Below are positions 28,890 through 38,620 of a stretch of 64,000 bases of DNA, one piece after another. The stretch spans positions 9,434 through 73,433 of the IMG/VR virus record IMGVR_UViG_3300036823_000383; one strand, written 5' to 3'. The DNA comes from a virus. The notes below the pieces were generated by a model that was given only the letters and a program-made list of their open reading frames with translations, made no database searches and had not been told where the DNA came from. The number at the start of each line of letters is the position of its first letter. Positions within the stretch are counted from its first letter, which is position 1. The position numbers and the translations under genes were made by a program.

Positions 28890-28923
28890 GCGCCGCCCCC
28901 TACACCGGCATCTTCGCTTCTTG

Positions 28924-29307
28924 CTAGGCGGTGGGCCCGCGCCTCCGCGGCGCCTCCTCGAGCGAGTCACCGGCGACGTTGAACGTCAGCGCGCCGAAGG
29001 CCCGGTTGTGCCCGAGCTCCCTGACCATGACCATGTGAGCGCCCCCCGAGATCGGGATGACGACGAGCTGATCGAGGCGCGCTCGGGTGAGTACCTGCCG
29101 CCGGTACCCGTCGACGGTCGGTGCCTGGACGAGCACTTCGAGCGGGAGCACGACGCCGCCGTCGGCATCCGCGCTGGAGTAGTCGACGTTCACGATGCAC
29201 GCGACGCCGGCGGCCGGGCTCTGCGTCGTGACGTCGAGCGACAGCTTAAAGCGGTTCGTCCCGACATTGTCGGGCGAGAAGTCCGCGAGAAAGGGCTGGT
29301 CGCTCAT
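28924..29307 (-). CDS. putative tail protein
   Basis: ATGA-coupled ORF. Confidence 0.6.
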   Translation of the reverse strand: MSDQPFLADFSPDNVGTNRFKLSLDVTTQSPAAGVACIVNVDYSSADADGGVVLPLEVLVQAPTVDGYRRQVLTRARLDQLVVIPISGGAHMVMVRELGHNRAFGALTFNVAGDSLEEAPRRRGPTA

Positions 29308-30425
29308 TCGGTTGTCACGTCGAAGTGGGCGTACACCGAGCCGCCGCCGGGAGTCATCATGGCGAGCATGTAGTGGCCGGCGCGCGACAGGGTGAGCTTG
29401 CAGACGCCGGAGAGACCTAGGTCCGGGAAGACGGGCAGCTCCATCGAGGAGCCGTCGAGCGGCCATTCGACGTACCAAGGCACGTAAGCGGCAGTCGAGA
29501 TTTGCGGGTCGACGCCGGCGCCGGCGCTCTCGACGGCCTCGACGACGACGCTCACCGGGAAGCGAGCGTCGATCCGGAGCGACCGCAGCGGGTGTCCCGC
29601 GGCTGCATTCAGACGCGTCAGGCGGTCGCCGTCAGGCGGGTCCTGCCAGTCGACGACATCCGGCGCGACGAAGCGCTCGATCGTCGGCGCGAGCCCGAAC
29701 AGCGGAGGTAGAGTGCTCTCGAGCCACGCCACCTCGGTGTCAGTGAGCCTCCTGGTGAAGAACAGGGCTCGGCCGACGGTGCCGCCGAAGGAAGTCAGTC
29801 CTCCGCCGAAGAGCTTCGTTCCCGAACCGAGGAAGTCTGTCGGCGTGTAAGCCGCGGAGAAGAGCGCGGCGCAGTTCTTCCGCCAGTCGACCGTCGGCGA
29901 CGCGAGAGCTGTGGCCTTGCCGAACCGCACGACGTGGAGCTGCGGACCGTCCGACGTGGGCGGCCCGCTCCCGCCTCCGCCGATGTCGGACCAGGACACG
30001 TTCCCAGCCCCGTTGTTCAGCTTCACTTGGAGCAGGCCGTCGTAGAACACGAGCTTCGGCTGAACGCCCGTGAACGTTCCATCCACGATGAAGACCAGCG
30101 TGTACTCGCCGGCCACGACGCCCGGGAGCGGAGCGAGCGTCGTCGGAGAAAGGTCGCTCGCTGTCGTGAGGACGAGCCCGCCCGCGCCGCCGAATGCCGA
30201 CGGATCCGCGGCGATTGCAGCCCCCTCGACGACCGCGTTCCACCACGTGTGGACGGAGTCGCCGTTCTGGAATCGGCGTAGAGAAGACGGCGCGCGGTTC
30301 ACCACGTCGACGACCACGCCCGCCGCAGTCCTCACGTCACCTGAGCTCGTGCGGGCGTCGAACGACAAGAGGCACGCCGGCATGTCCTCCGGCGAGGTGA
30401 TGAAGCGCAGGTCGAACGCCGGCAT
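29304..30425 (-). CDS. LamG/ConA-like tail protein
   Basis: FGGTVGRALFFTRRLTDTEV resembles a LamG C-terminal motif. Confidence 0.6.
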   Translation of the reverse strand: MPAFDLRFITSPEDMPACLLSFDARTSSGDVRTAAGVVVDVVNRAPSSLRRFQNGDSVHTWWNAVVEGAAIAADPSAFGGAGGLVLTTASDLSPTTLAPLPGVVAGEYTLVFIVDGTFTGVQPKLVFYDGLLQVKLNNGAGNVSWSDIGGGGSGPPTSDGPQLHVVRFGKATALASPTVDWRKNCAALFSAAYTPTDFLGSGTKLFGGGLTSFGGTVGRALFFTRRLTDTEVAWLESTLPPLFGLAPTIERFVAPDVVDWQDPPDGDRLTRLNAAAGHPLRSLRIDARFPVSVVVEAVESAGAGVDPQISTAAYVPWYVEWPLDGSSMELPVFPDLGLSGVCKLTLSRAGHYMLAMMTPGGGSVYAHFDVTTE

Positions 30426-31633
30426 CAGAGCCCCGCGGCATGCGAGCCGAGCAGCCGGCTCCGGTACAGCTGCCCGTTCATGCCGAAGAAGAGGCGCCCC
30501 TTGATCGCGCGAACGCAGAACGACGACAGCGCGGCGACGGTGGGCGAGGACCGGTAGATCCGCGTCGCGAGGATCCACGTCGCGCCGCGATCGATCGAGA
30601 AGTAGATCTGCCCGAGAGGGAAGGACGCGACGAAGACGCCGTAAAGCGCGGTGAGGCACCGAGGGGAGGCCAAGGTGAGAGTGTTTCCAGATGGCCTTGC
30701 CGTGCCTGTCACCCAAACGTCGCCGTCGATCGACGTGGCGATGAAGTTGCCGACGCCGGCCGTCGAGACCGCCAAGAACACGCCATCTCCGAACGTGTGC
30801 GTGTATGCGCCGGCCGTGAATGTCGTCGTGCTAGCGGTCCACGTGACGCCGTCGTCGGAATAGGCGAGCTTCGTCTGCGCTATCCAGCTCGCGACGAGCC
30901 GTCCATTCGATCGCTGCGAAATCTTCAGGCCGGCATTGGACCCGGTGATGGCGGCCGGCGGCGTGCGCTGCGTGGCTACCGGCGTCGCAGTGTTCGTGAG
31001 CGTAGCGATGTACGGGGTCGACGACGTCTTGCCGATCGCTACGAACAGGTCGTGCACCTGGTCATAGAAGATCGCGTCGATGGACGTCGGGCTCCCAGGG
31101 AGCGTGACGGTGGCGCCGGTGATGGCGAGCGACGACGACGTCCCGGATCGGAGATCGGCGGACCTCATCGAGCCGTCCGAGGCACCGAACAACGTGATGA
31201 TGTCGCTCGATGCGCAGCACTGGAAGTTGTGTGACCCGAACCCCGACGTGGTCGGGTCCTGCCACGACGCGCCGCCGTCGGTCGACAGCTTCACCTCACC
31301 AGCGGCAGACGAATCGACGAGCGCCATGAAGCCGTCACCCTGCGAGCAGACGTCGTCCGGCTGGCTTCCGACGGTGGAGTCGGTGGACGCGGGGATGAGA
31401 TCCATCGCAGCGCCGAGCCACTTCGCTCCGAACGTCGAGAAGAAAGCGTCCTCGTTCCGGTCCGAGACGGCGAGCCCGCCTCCTGAGATTCGGATCGGAG
31501 CGATCGGCGAAACCTTGCCACCCGCGTAGCCGTCTACGGCCCGTGATATGTTCAGGTCGATCTGCGTGAAGGTCGCCCCGGTGATCCTCACGTTGTCGCC
31601 GATGCCCGTCGGCCAGACGCGTGCGAAGGTCAT
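30425..31633 (-). CDS. Asp-box (BNR) beta-propeller tail protein
   Basis: STDGGASW, SDDGVTW, SIDGDVW, SIDRGATW. Confidence 0.75.
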   Translation of the reverse strand: MTFARVWPTGIGDNVRITGATFTQIDLNISRAVDGYAGGKVSPIAPIRISGGGLAVSDRNEDAFFSTFGAKWLGAAMDLIPASTDSTVGSQPDDVCSQGDGFMALVDSSAAGEVKLSTDGGASWQDPTTSGFGSHNFQCCASSDIITLFGASDGSMRSADLRSGTSSSLAITGATVTLPGSPTSIDAIFYDQVHDLFVAIGKTSSTPYIATLTNTATPVATQRTPPAAITGSNAGLKISQRSNGRLVASWIAQTKLAYSDDGVTWTASTTTFTAGAYTHTFGDGVFLAVSTAGVGNFIATSIDGDVWVTGTARPSGNTLTLASPRCLTALYGVFVASFPLGQIYFSIDRGATWILATRIYRSSPTVAALSSFCVRAIKGRLFFGMNGQLYRSRLLGSHAAGL

Positions 31634-32352
31634 GAGTCCGTTACTCCTGCGCACCCTGTCAGGGAGCTCGTTGTGAAAAACCCCACCTCGGTGATCACCG
31701 ATCCTTCGGCCCACGCGGGCAGAGCATCGGCCAGGATTTCCTCGCCGCGTCGGATGAGCGAGAGCTCTTTCGAGCCCGGGGGGATCCCCGCTCCGATGTC
31801 GAGGACAGCGACCACGATGTCGCGGTCGCTAAAGTTCGGGTAGTCGGACCAGGTTCGCTCGCCGCTGACGCCGCGCGAGAAAGGGTCGGCGCCGGGCACG
31901 TACGGAGCGAAGGCGCGACCCATGAGCGTCACGCGACTAGTGGACCACGGCGTGTCCAAGACGGAGAAGCGCGCATCGAGCGCGCGCAGCGTGGCGGTGA
32001 GGATCGGTATCTCGGACGACTGCACGTCGACCCACCTGCTCGAAGCGTCCGCTCGGCGCTGGACGTCGGTCTCGTCGACCGACGGCACGATGCCGAGGAT
32101 GTCCTCGTAGGCCGGGAGCGCGTCTTGGGCGAGACTCGGAAAGGCCTGGAGCGCGGCGCGCTCGTCGAACGCGGCCGACGCCGCGAGCCCGATCGACATC
32201 GAGATGAGTCGGAGCGCGTCGATGCTGTCTTCGTCCTCGGAGGTGCCGCCGTCGCCGAGCGCGCTTCGCAGCGCTTTGTAGCTTTTCTCGACCGGCGAGT
32301 CGTCGCCGCCGAGGTCGACCGGCATCATCGACGGCCAACCGAGCCCGCTCAC
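31630..32352 (-). CDS. baseplate protein (Mu gp48/P2 gpI-like)
   Basis: LPAYEDILGI..ETDVQRR ... LPAW; downstream of baseplate J. Confidence 0.7.
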   Translation of the reverse strand: MSGLGWPSMMPVDLGGDDSPVEKSYKALRSALGDGGTSEDEDSIDALRLISMSIGLAASAAFDERAALQAFPSLAQDALPAYEDILGIVPSVDETDVQRRADASSRWVDVQSSEIPILTATLRALDARFSVLDTPWSTSRVTLMGRAFAPYVPGADPFSRGVSGERTWSDYPNFSDRDIVVAVLDIGAGIPPGSKELSLIRRGEEILADALPAWAEGSVITEVGFFTTSSLTGCAGVTDS

Positions 32353-32846
32353 AGGATCACCACGAGCACGGCGCCGTCGACGGCCGCGAACGTGCCTCCG
32401 CCGAACTCCTTCAGGGCGATCGAGATGGTCGACCCCGACACGGATGCTGCGGCGTCGCGCACCGTCGTGCGGTTCACTGGGAAGGCGAGAGCGCACACGA
32501 TCGACGTGGACTGCTGGACGCCGTTCTCGTCGGGGTAGCTGGAAGCGTACTGGAGAGAAAGGGCTCCGACGCCGGTCCGCCCCGGGATTGGCGGTAGATA
32601 CGGCGCGCCGGTCTTGGTGTTCGGGTTCCAGCTCTCGGCGCGCGCGGAGATGACCGGCGTCACGCCGCCGGTCGAGTCGATCAGCGCCCACGCGCGAAAG
32701 CTGGTGAGTCCCAAGCCCGCGAGCTGGAACCTCACGAGGTTCAGCATATCGGCGCCGATCTGCGTCTCGGGGTTCGTGACGGGCTTCTGGTCGCGCAGCT
32801 GCGGTCCAAAGCTGTCGAGGCTCGGGCGTCGAGGAGAACCGCTCAT
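32349..32846 (-). CDS. baseplate-region hypothetical protein
   Basis: Coupled ORF. Confidence 0.65.
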   Translation of the reverse strand: MSGSPRRPSLDSFGPQLRDQKPVTNPETQIGADMLNLVRFQLAGLGLTSFRAWALIDSTGGVTPVISARAESWNPNTKTGAPYLPPIPGRTGVGALSLQYASSYPDENGVQQSTSIVCALAFPVNRTTVRDAAASVSGSTISIALKEFGGGTFAAVDGAVLVVIL

Positions 32847-34420
32847 TGCGCGTAGACTCCGAAGTCGTTGAGGGTCAGCAGCCGAGGGCCTTCCTGCGAG
32901 ATGTCAGGAGGGAGCGTCGGTGTCGTGTGGCTCACGAAGCGCAGGGACACACCCGAGAGCGCGCGCCCGAGCGCGTCGAAGAGGCTCGTACCGATCGACT
33001 CGCCAGCCTCGTAGGGGAACTCGTCCGCGGGCTCGGGCCACCGGTATGCGCGGCCCGCGCGCGGGCTCGTGGCAAGGTCGATCATCTCGCCAGGTCCGAG
33101 CGAATCGAAGTACGACTCGGCGGCTTCGGCGATCGACTCCAGCAACGGCGTGTAGGGGCAGACCACGCTGTTGACCGTGAGCGTTGCCGGGGCGTTGTCG
33201 CTGAGCTGCACGACGTACTCGGTTCCCGACACCAAGGTCACGCTGGCGACGAGCGGGAGCTTTTCGAAGCGGCTCGTTGTCGCGTTCCACACCATCATCG
33301 CCGGGCCGACGCCGGTCGACGGAACGACTGCGCTGTTCACGTGGAAGTGGGTCGCGTCCGGCAGTGAAGTGACTCGGCAGAACGCGTCGACGGACGTGTC
33401 CGTCCCGATCGGTGATGGCCACGGTGTGGCGTCCGCCCATCCACCGGTGGTCTTCGTGCGCATCTTGAGCGCCATCGACATGCTGATCGGGTCGGATACA
33501 GCGGCGTGCAGCAGCACGTATGGGCGCGCCGGGACGACCGGGGACGAGGGGGGCGTCAGGTAGTTCCGCGCCAGCGTCAGGACGGCGTTGGCGGAGTCCA
33601 CGCGGGCAGTCGGCCCTTGGGTGCTGCGTTTCCCGACAATGACGACGCACACGGAGCCGGCGTTGAAGAGACACGGGTAGACGAAGGCCGTCCGGATCGC
33701 CGTCGAGACGCCGCGTGCCCACGCGCGGAACTGCGCGCGGTTCCCGCTCGCCGGCTTCCTGCGGATGCGGTCCAGCAGCCGATCGAGCACGTCCGCGTCA
33801 TTCTCCGCATCGAAGCCACCGGCGAAGTCCGTCGAAGTGGTGCCGGTCGGGCCAGCTCCCAAAGGCACGTTCGCGCCCTTCGACAGCGTCGTGCCGCTCT
33901 CGGGGTTCGTTCCCTTGCCGCCCTTGACGGCGACCATGGTGAGCGTCGCAATGCCGCTCACAGCGCGGACGGTCGAGCTCGCCTGGTAGGTGTTGCCCTG
34001 TGGGTCGGTCGCGGTGAAGACCGCCGGGTCGCCGAGCAGCGTGGACCCGACGAAGATCGACCCAGTCGTAGCAGGCCAGCTCACCTGACCCGCGCCGCTA
34101 GATGCCGGCAGCGGGGTTACGTCCCACTCGGCGCAGTGGAACCCGCGTAACCAAGTCGATGTTGCCGACGAGGGGTTCGTCTGCTGCGCCGTGAAGCGCG
34201 CGCGCTGCTGCCCTGACTGCAGCCCGAGATCGAGCGCGTCGAAACGCAGGTAGTCTCGGCTGCCATCCTGCGTCGCCTGACGGATCTCCTCCTCGGTGAA
34301 GAAGTCCTTCGTGTCGGGATTGACGAGCCGCCTAAGGCCGTTGCGGAAGTTCGCGAGCATCTCGTCGCGGAGTACTCCGCGCGCGAAGGTAACGAAGGCT
34401 GGCTCGCTCGGCGTGGTCAT
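32843..34420 (-). CDS. baseplate J/gp47-like protein
   Basis: GGFDAENDADVLDRLL..PASGNRAQFRAWA..AFVYP..GSV. Confidence 0.9.
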   Translation of the reverse strand: MTTPSEPAFVTFARGVLRDEMLANFRNGLRRLVNPDTKDFFTEEEIRQATQDGSRDYLRFDALDLGLQSGQQRARFTAQQTNPSSATSTWLRGFHCAEWDVTPLPASSGAGQVSWPATTGSIFVGSTLLGDPAVFTATDPQGNTYQASSTVRAVSGIATLTMVAVKGGKGTNPESGTTLSKGANVPLGAGPTGTTSTDFAGGFDAENDADVLDRLLDRIRRKPASGNRAQFRAWARGVSTAIRTAFVYPCLFNAGSVCVVIVGKRSTQGPTARVDSANAVLTLARNYLTPPSSPVVPARPYVLLHAAVSDPISMSMALKMRTKTTGGWADATPWPSPIGTDTSVDAFCRVTSLPDATHFHVNSAVVPSTGVGPAMMVWNATTSRFEKLPLVASVTLVSGTEYVVQLSDNAPATLTVNSVVCPYTPLLESIAEAAESYFDSLGPGEMIDLATSPRAGRAYRWPEPADEFPYEAGESIGTSLFDALGRALSGVSLRFVSHTTPTLPPDISQEGPRLLTLNDFGVYAQ

Positions 34421-34890
34421 TGGGCGAGCCTCGACGCAATGTTGGACGGATCCCGAAGGGGTGTGCTGCGCTCACGGGCCGAATCGGATGCGCGGAGGTT
34501 CGTCCACCTCACGGTGACCTCGGCCCAGTCGTCGTCCGAGGCGACGTCGACACCGATGAGCTTGATGTCGCGGCGGTCGATCAGACGTTTCAGCGCGATC
34601 CGTGCCTCGGACTCGAGTCGCCGCGTGGCGCCCTGGTCGAGCTTCCTCACGTCGACGAAGCGCGCTCCCACCTCCGCGACGCACGCGCCCGACTTCCGAA
34701 CGGTCGTGAGGGCCGTCAGCACCTGCTCGTCGATCGGGTGCAGGCCCTGGAAAAGGCTCAGCACCTCGAGCGTGCGCAGGTCGACCAGGTCCGCGAGCAC
34801 GCCGGGGGGAGCGGTCGGGACGGTGTCCGTCGTCGCCGGCACGAACTGCCCGAGCGGCGAGACTCCGATCGGCGGGATGACGAGCGGCAC
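34417..34890 (-). CDS. baseplate wedge/sheath initiator (gp46/gp25-like)
   Basis: Size and position before J; EARIALKRLI. Confidence 0.65.
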   Translation of the reverse strand: MPLVIPPIGVSPLGQFVPATTDTVPTAPPGVLADLVDLRTLEVLSLFQGLHPIDEQVLTALTTVRKSGACVAEVGARFVDVRKLDQGATRRLESEARIALKRLIDRRDIKLIGVDVASDDDWAEVTVRWTNLRASDSARERSTPLRDPSNIASRLAQ

Positions 34891-34923
34891 GCGGCCGCCC
34901 CTACACCGCCGCGCGCTGCTACG

Positions 34924-35793
34924 TCACGGGCAGGCGAGCGGGCACGAATCGTCGGCCGCCAGCTTGACCGCCTCGTAGCGGACCCAGGCCGGATCGGCGA
35001 TCGGCGCGGTCAGCACCGTCACGGCCGTCGAGGGGGCATGGTCTACGGTGGGTCCCGTTACCACGAGGCACGCGCTGCGTTCGCACTTCCCGCTGATGTC
35101 GGTGGAGAACTGCCGCGCCGAGCTCGAGCTCGTGAATCGCACGCACTGCCGGTACCCGACGTTGAAGAGGAGGTCCGGCGTGCTGCCGCCGCAGTTCGCG
35201 AGCGGCGCGCAAACGGACGGCGCCCCATTGACCTCGCGTTGCTGTGGCTGGCTTGGAAGGACAAGCGACTCGTCGTCGGCATACGTGTCCACGACCGTGC
35301 TGGCGCATGACTCGTAGCTGTCGCACTTGAATTGCCCGCTCGCAGGGTATCCGGACGGAGCACTGTCGGCCGTCCACCCGCACGCGCTGTCGCAGTCCTG
35401 GCCGGCGGCGCTCGGTGGCTTGCACGCATCATGGCTCGTCGGCTTCGGTAGGGCGCCGCCCGCACCGCTGTCCTTGGTCGCCTGCCGTCCACCGGCACCA
35501 GCGTCCTCGGCGCCCGAGCCTGCGCCGCTGTCGCCGGCAGGAGCGCCGCCGGCGCCACTATCGGCGAGATCGCCGCCCGCGCCGGGAGGCGGATCATCGG
35601 TGTGCGTCGCGCCGCCGGTACCGACGACATCTGCGCGCGCGCCGCCCGCGGCGTCCGCCAGCTCCATCGCCGCCGCGCCGCCGCTCGCCGTCGCGTTGCC
35701 GGCGTCCTGCTCCGAAGCCGCGGGTGGGCTCCCAGATCCGCAGGCCACGAGGAACCATCCGAGACCGAGAATCGCTACCGCCCCACGAGTCAT
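34924..35793 (-). CDS. Gly-rich/Cys-rich lipoprotein (moron)
   Basis: FLVAC lipobox; DAG/DSG linker; Cys-rich domain. Confidence 0.75.
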   Translation of the reverse strand: MTRGAVAILGLGWFLVACGSGSPPAASEQDAGNATASGGAAAMELADAAGGARADVVGTGGATHTDDPPPGAGGDLADSGAGGAPAGDSGAGSGAEDAGAGGRQATKDSGAGGALPKPTSHDACKPPSAAGQDCDSACGWTADSAPSGYPASGQFKCDSYESCASTVVDTYADDESLVLPSQPQQREVNGAPSVCAPLANCGGSTPDLLFNVGYRQCVRFTSSSSARQFSTDISGKCERSACLVVTGPTVDHAPSTAVTVLTAPIADPAWVRYEAVKLAADDSCPLACP

Positions 35794-35909
35794 TTGTATC
35801 AAGCCTGAATGCGGCAACCGAGGCTGTCGATACTGCTCGCGCGGTCACCGCCAGAGAGGGAGCCTCAAACGCGTGACTTCACGCGTGAAAGTGACGACCA
35901 TGATCGGTC

Positions 35910-36263
35910 ATGACCAGAACGAAGCGAGCGTTACTTGGAGCCGCCGGCGGGCTCGGCGCGTGGTTCCTTGTCGTGAAGGTGTTCGGATTCGGACAGGCGG
36001 ACGCCTACGTCGAGTGCGTGCAGACACTTGCTGGGCTTAGCTGCACCGTGACCCACCGTGCCGGACGATCATCGGCGAAGGTTTGTTGGGACGTCGTGTC
36101 GACTTGTGCGAACGGCGTCGTTGCGACGGGATCCGGGTGTGGCTCGGTCACTCCCGAAGCCAAGACGGTCGTCATTATCCCATGGTCTGAGGTTCGGAAC
36201 TGGAGCGCCTGCGACGCGGTTCGCTCGGTGTCCATGACGAATATGAAGGTCGAGCTTCAGTAG
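35910..36263 (+). CDS. exported Cys-containing protein (inverted moron)
   Basis: Signal/anchor N-terminus; six Cys; no real gene on the opposite strand. Confidence 0.7.
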   Translation: MTRTKRALLGAAGGLGAWFLVVKVFGFGQADAYVECVQTLAGLSCTVTHRAGRSSAKVCWDVVSTCANGVVATGSGCGSVTPEAKTVVIIPWSEVRNWSACDAVRSVSMTNMKVELQ

Positions 36264-36268
36264 ACCTT

Positions 36269-36493
36269 TCACGCCGCGTGGTCGAGCGGGCAATTCGGGA
36301 ATGGCAGCGTCGGGGGCGTGGGCGGCGCGGGTAGCGACGGCGACGGGATCGGCAACGGCCCGACGTCGAGTGAGGGCATGCCGGGCAGCGGCGGTGGCGC
36401 GGGCAGCGTCGGGGGCGTGGGCGGCGCGGGTAGCGACGGCGACGGGATCGGCAACGGCCCGACGTCGAGTGAGGGGAACGCGCACGCGCTCAT
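36269..36493 (-). CDS. small Pro-rich protein with internal duplication
   Basis: ATGA overlap with spike gene; 74 aa. Confidence 0.6.
   Translation of the reverse strand: MSACAFPSLDVGPLPIPSPSLPAPPTPPTLPAPPPLPGMPSLDVGPLPIPSPSLPAPPTPPTLPFPNCPLDHAA
36303..36475. repeat. 74-bp exact direct repeat (36303-36376, 36402-36475)
   Basis: Read directly; offset 99 bp, in frame. Confidence 0.95.
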
Positions 36494-37170
36494 GGCGAAT
36501 AGAAGAAGCTCAACGAGGGAGGCATCGCGGGACCGCCGGCGAAGGGGAGCGCCGTCGCCGTGTTCGCGCCCACTGCGACGCTGCCGTTGATCGAGCACTT
36601 CGCTGCAACCACGTTGAACTCTCCGGGTTTCAGAGTGAGCCACGTCGAGGCGTCAGCCCGCATCGTGATGCCGGTGTCCTTCGCCAGCGTCACGGCGTAG
36701 CCGTCACCATGCACGAGCGAGATGCTTTCCTGTTTCGGGTCCAGCGCGACGGCGAGCGCCTTCGTCGGCGCGCCTCCGCTGAAAGCGTACGGAACGTAGA
36801 TCGTCGCGATCGTGTTCTTGTCCGAGTCGTCCGTATCGCTCAGCGACAGGAAGCCCCCACCGTATCCCGCAAGCGCGATCGTCCCCGACGCGAGGCCATT
36901 CGGGAACGCGCCGTCGAGGCGCGTGTCGCGGTAGGCGATCGGCACGACGCGATCGCCCGCGCGGAGCGCCACGACGTCGACGTGGTTGTCACCGTCCTCG
37001 TCGCGAGGGCGGCCGAGCAGTCCGAGACCGCCGTACGCGAGCTGGTCGTCCGCCTCCTCGTCGCCAGGCCCCGCCATCGTCAGGAGCACGCTTTTGGTTT
37101 TCGCCGCGAGCGACGTCGAGACGACGCGGAAGAATCCCGCCGTGAAGTCGAACAGCGTCGACGAGCTCAT
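36490..37170 (-). CDS. baseplate spike (Mu gp45/gpV-like)
   Basis: GLLGRP..VVAL..DTRL OB-fold pattern then beta-helix; position. Confidence 0.7.
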   Translation of the reverse strand: MSSSTLFDFTAGFFRVVSTSLAAKTKSVLLTMAGPGDEEADDQLAYGGLGLLGRPRDEDGDNHVDVVALRAGDRVVPIAYRDTRLDGAFPNGLASGTIALAGYGGGFLSLSDTDDSDKNTIATIYVPYAFSGGAPTKALAVALDPKQESISLVHGDGYAVTLAKDTGITMRADASTWLTLKPGEFNVVAAKCSINGSVAVGANTATALPFAGGPAMPPSLSFFYSP

Positions 37171-37481
37171 GCGTCGCGCACCCCGCCGTTTTCGATGAAG
37201 CCGTGCCAGCCGCACGCGACCGTCTTCCCTTCATCGTCCACGAGGTTAATCGAAGGCGACAAGGTCAGGTCGGCGCAGCTCGTTCCTGATGCCTGCCATC
37301 TCGGACGCGGTAGAGCCGCCTCGGGAACGCCACGGTCGCGAAACCAGACGAGCAAACCGTGGTCGCCGCAGCCGGGACACACTTCGAGAACGATCCCCTG
37401 CGCGTCCGCCGCGGAGTCGACGTGCCCAAACCCCCCGTCCCTCCACACGACGAATCGGGCATCCAGATCGACGAGTCTCAC
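37167..37481 (-). CDS. DUF6527-like small Cys/His protein
   Basis: CPGC ... LTLSPSI ... CGWHGFIENG; coupled at both ends. Confidence 0.65.
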   Translation of the reverse strand: MRLVDLDARFVVWRDGGFGHVDSAADAQGIVLEVCPGCGDHGLLVWFRDRGVPEAALPRPRWQASGTSCADLTLSPSINLVDDEGKTVACGWHGFIENGGVRDA

Positions 37482-38620
37482 GAGAGCCTCCAAACGCCCT
37501 GCTTCAGGAGCGTGATGCGCGAGGTGTCGCCCCCGTCGGTACCCTCGCCGGGGCGCCGCTCGAGACACACTCGGGTGAGGTAGTACGGCCCGAGCGCGCC
37601 GCCGGCGATGTCCGTCGCGACGTCGCCGACCGTATCGGGCGCGAAGTTGATGAGGGTGCGCCCGTCCCAATACGAGAGCCCGTCCGCGGATATATCGAGC
37701 GCGTCCTTCCGCTGGCTGCGCGCGGAGAGCTCGCGATGCGCGGCGGCCTGAGCGAGCGCGTCGGTGCCCATTTGCTGCCCTGGGATCAAGATGGGCCGCG
37801 TGAAGCCCGCGGCCGTCACGTCGAGGTCCACGGCGTTGCCCTGCGTCTTGCCGATTGGGAAGCCGTCGCTGTCGTAGCGGGTGCCGTTCACCTGCACGAT
37901 GTTCGGGATGCCGGAGAAGTCCTTCGCGCGCTCGATGTCGAGCACGTTGTTGATGCTCGCCGAGTCGCCACGGAAGTGGCGGAAGTCGTAGATCGACGGC
38001 TGCTCGTCGTCGGGCGCGGAGACCACGATCTTCCCGTCGGGGCTGTCCCAATGCATCATCCCGAAGCGCCGAAGGTGACGGTCGGCGGCCTGGAAGATCG
38101 TCTCCGGGAGCTGCACGCGGGCCTGCTGCTCCTGGACCTTGTCGGGCGGGGTGAGCGGTTCCTTCGTCGACTTCGACGGCTTCCCCGTGATCAGGTCGCG
38201 CGCGGCGTTGCCCTTGAAGACGAAGTCCGACGCCGTGTATCCGAGCGGCGCGTAGAGCTTCACGAGCCAATCGGCGAGGGTGATGTCCTTCACCTTCAGG
38301 TTCGGATTGCCGCTGCAGAAGTTCGCGTCGGCGAGCTTCGTCCGCGCCGTCATCCGGATCGCTGCGCCGCCCGTGACGTCACCCTTCACGTTGTTCAGCT
38401 CGAGCCGCCCGGTCAGCACGATGCGGCCGTTGACCTTCACCTGGTACTGCTTGCCAAGGGCAACGAAGTCCTCGAGCTCATCCCAGGTGCCATCGTCGCC
38501 GACCTCGAACGCCGCCTCGCTCGGCTGCGTCAGGTCGTTCGTGATGGCGAGCGAGGTGAAGGCGTCGAACTCGCCCTGGCCGATCGCCTCCACCGACACG
38601 ACGTCGAGCGGGCGCGCCAT
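37478..38620 (-). CDS. baseplate hub (Mu gp44/gpP-like)
   Basis: Size, position, QLPETIFQAADR, WDSPDGKIV. Confidence 0.8.
   Translation of the reverse strand: MARPLDVVSVEAIGQGEFDAFTSLAITNDLTQPSEAAFEVGDDGTWDELEDFVALGKQYQVKVNGRIVLTGRLELNNVKGDVTGGAAIRMTARTKLADANFCSGNPNLKVKDITLADWLVKLYAPLGYTASDFVFKGNAARDLITGKPSKSTKEPLTPPDKVQEQQARVQLPETIFQAADRHLRRFGMMHWDSPDGKIVVSAPDDEQPSIYDFRHFRGDSASINNVLDIERAKDFSGIPNIVQVNGTRYDSDGFPIGKTQGNAVDLDVTAAGFTRPILIPGQQMGTDALAQAAAHRELSARSQRKDALDISADGLSYWDGRTLINFAPDTVGDVATDIAGGALGPYYLTRVCLERRPGEGTDGGDTSRITLLKQGVWRLS

Noticed and set aside
36303-36475. Repeat pair as a DGR template/variable region or att site
   Set aside because: Copies are identical (no A-specific mismatches), in frame in one ORF, and no reverse transcriptase or integrase is in the window
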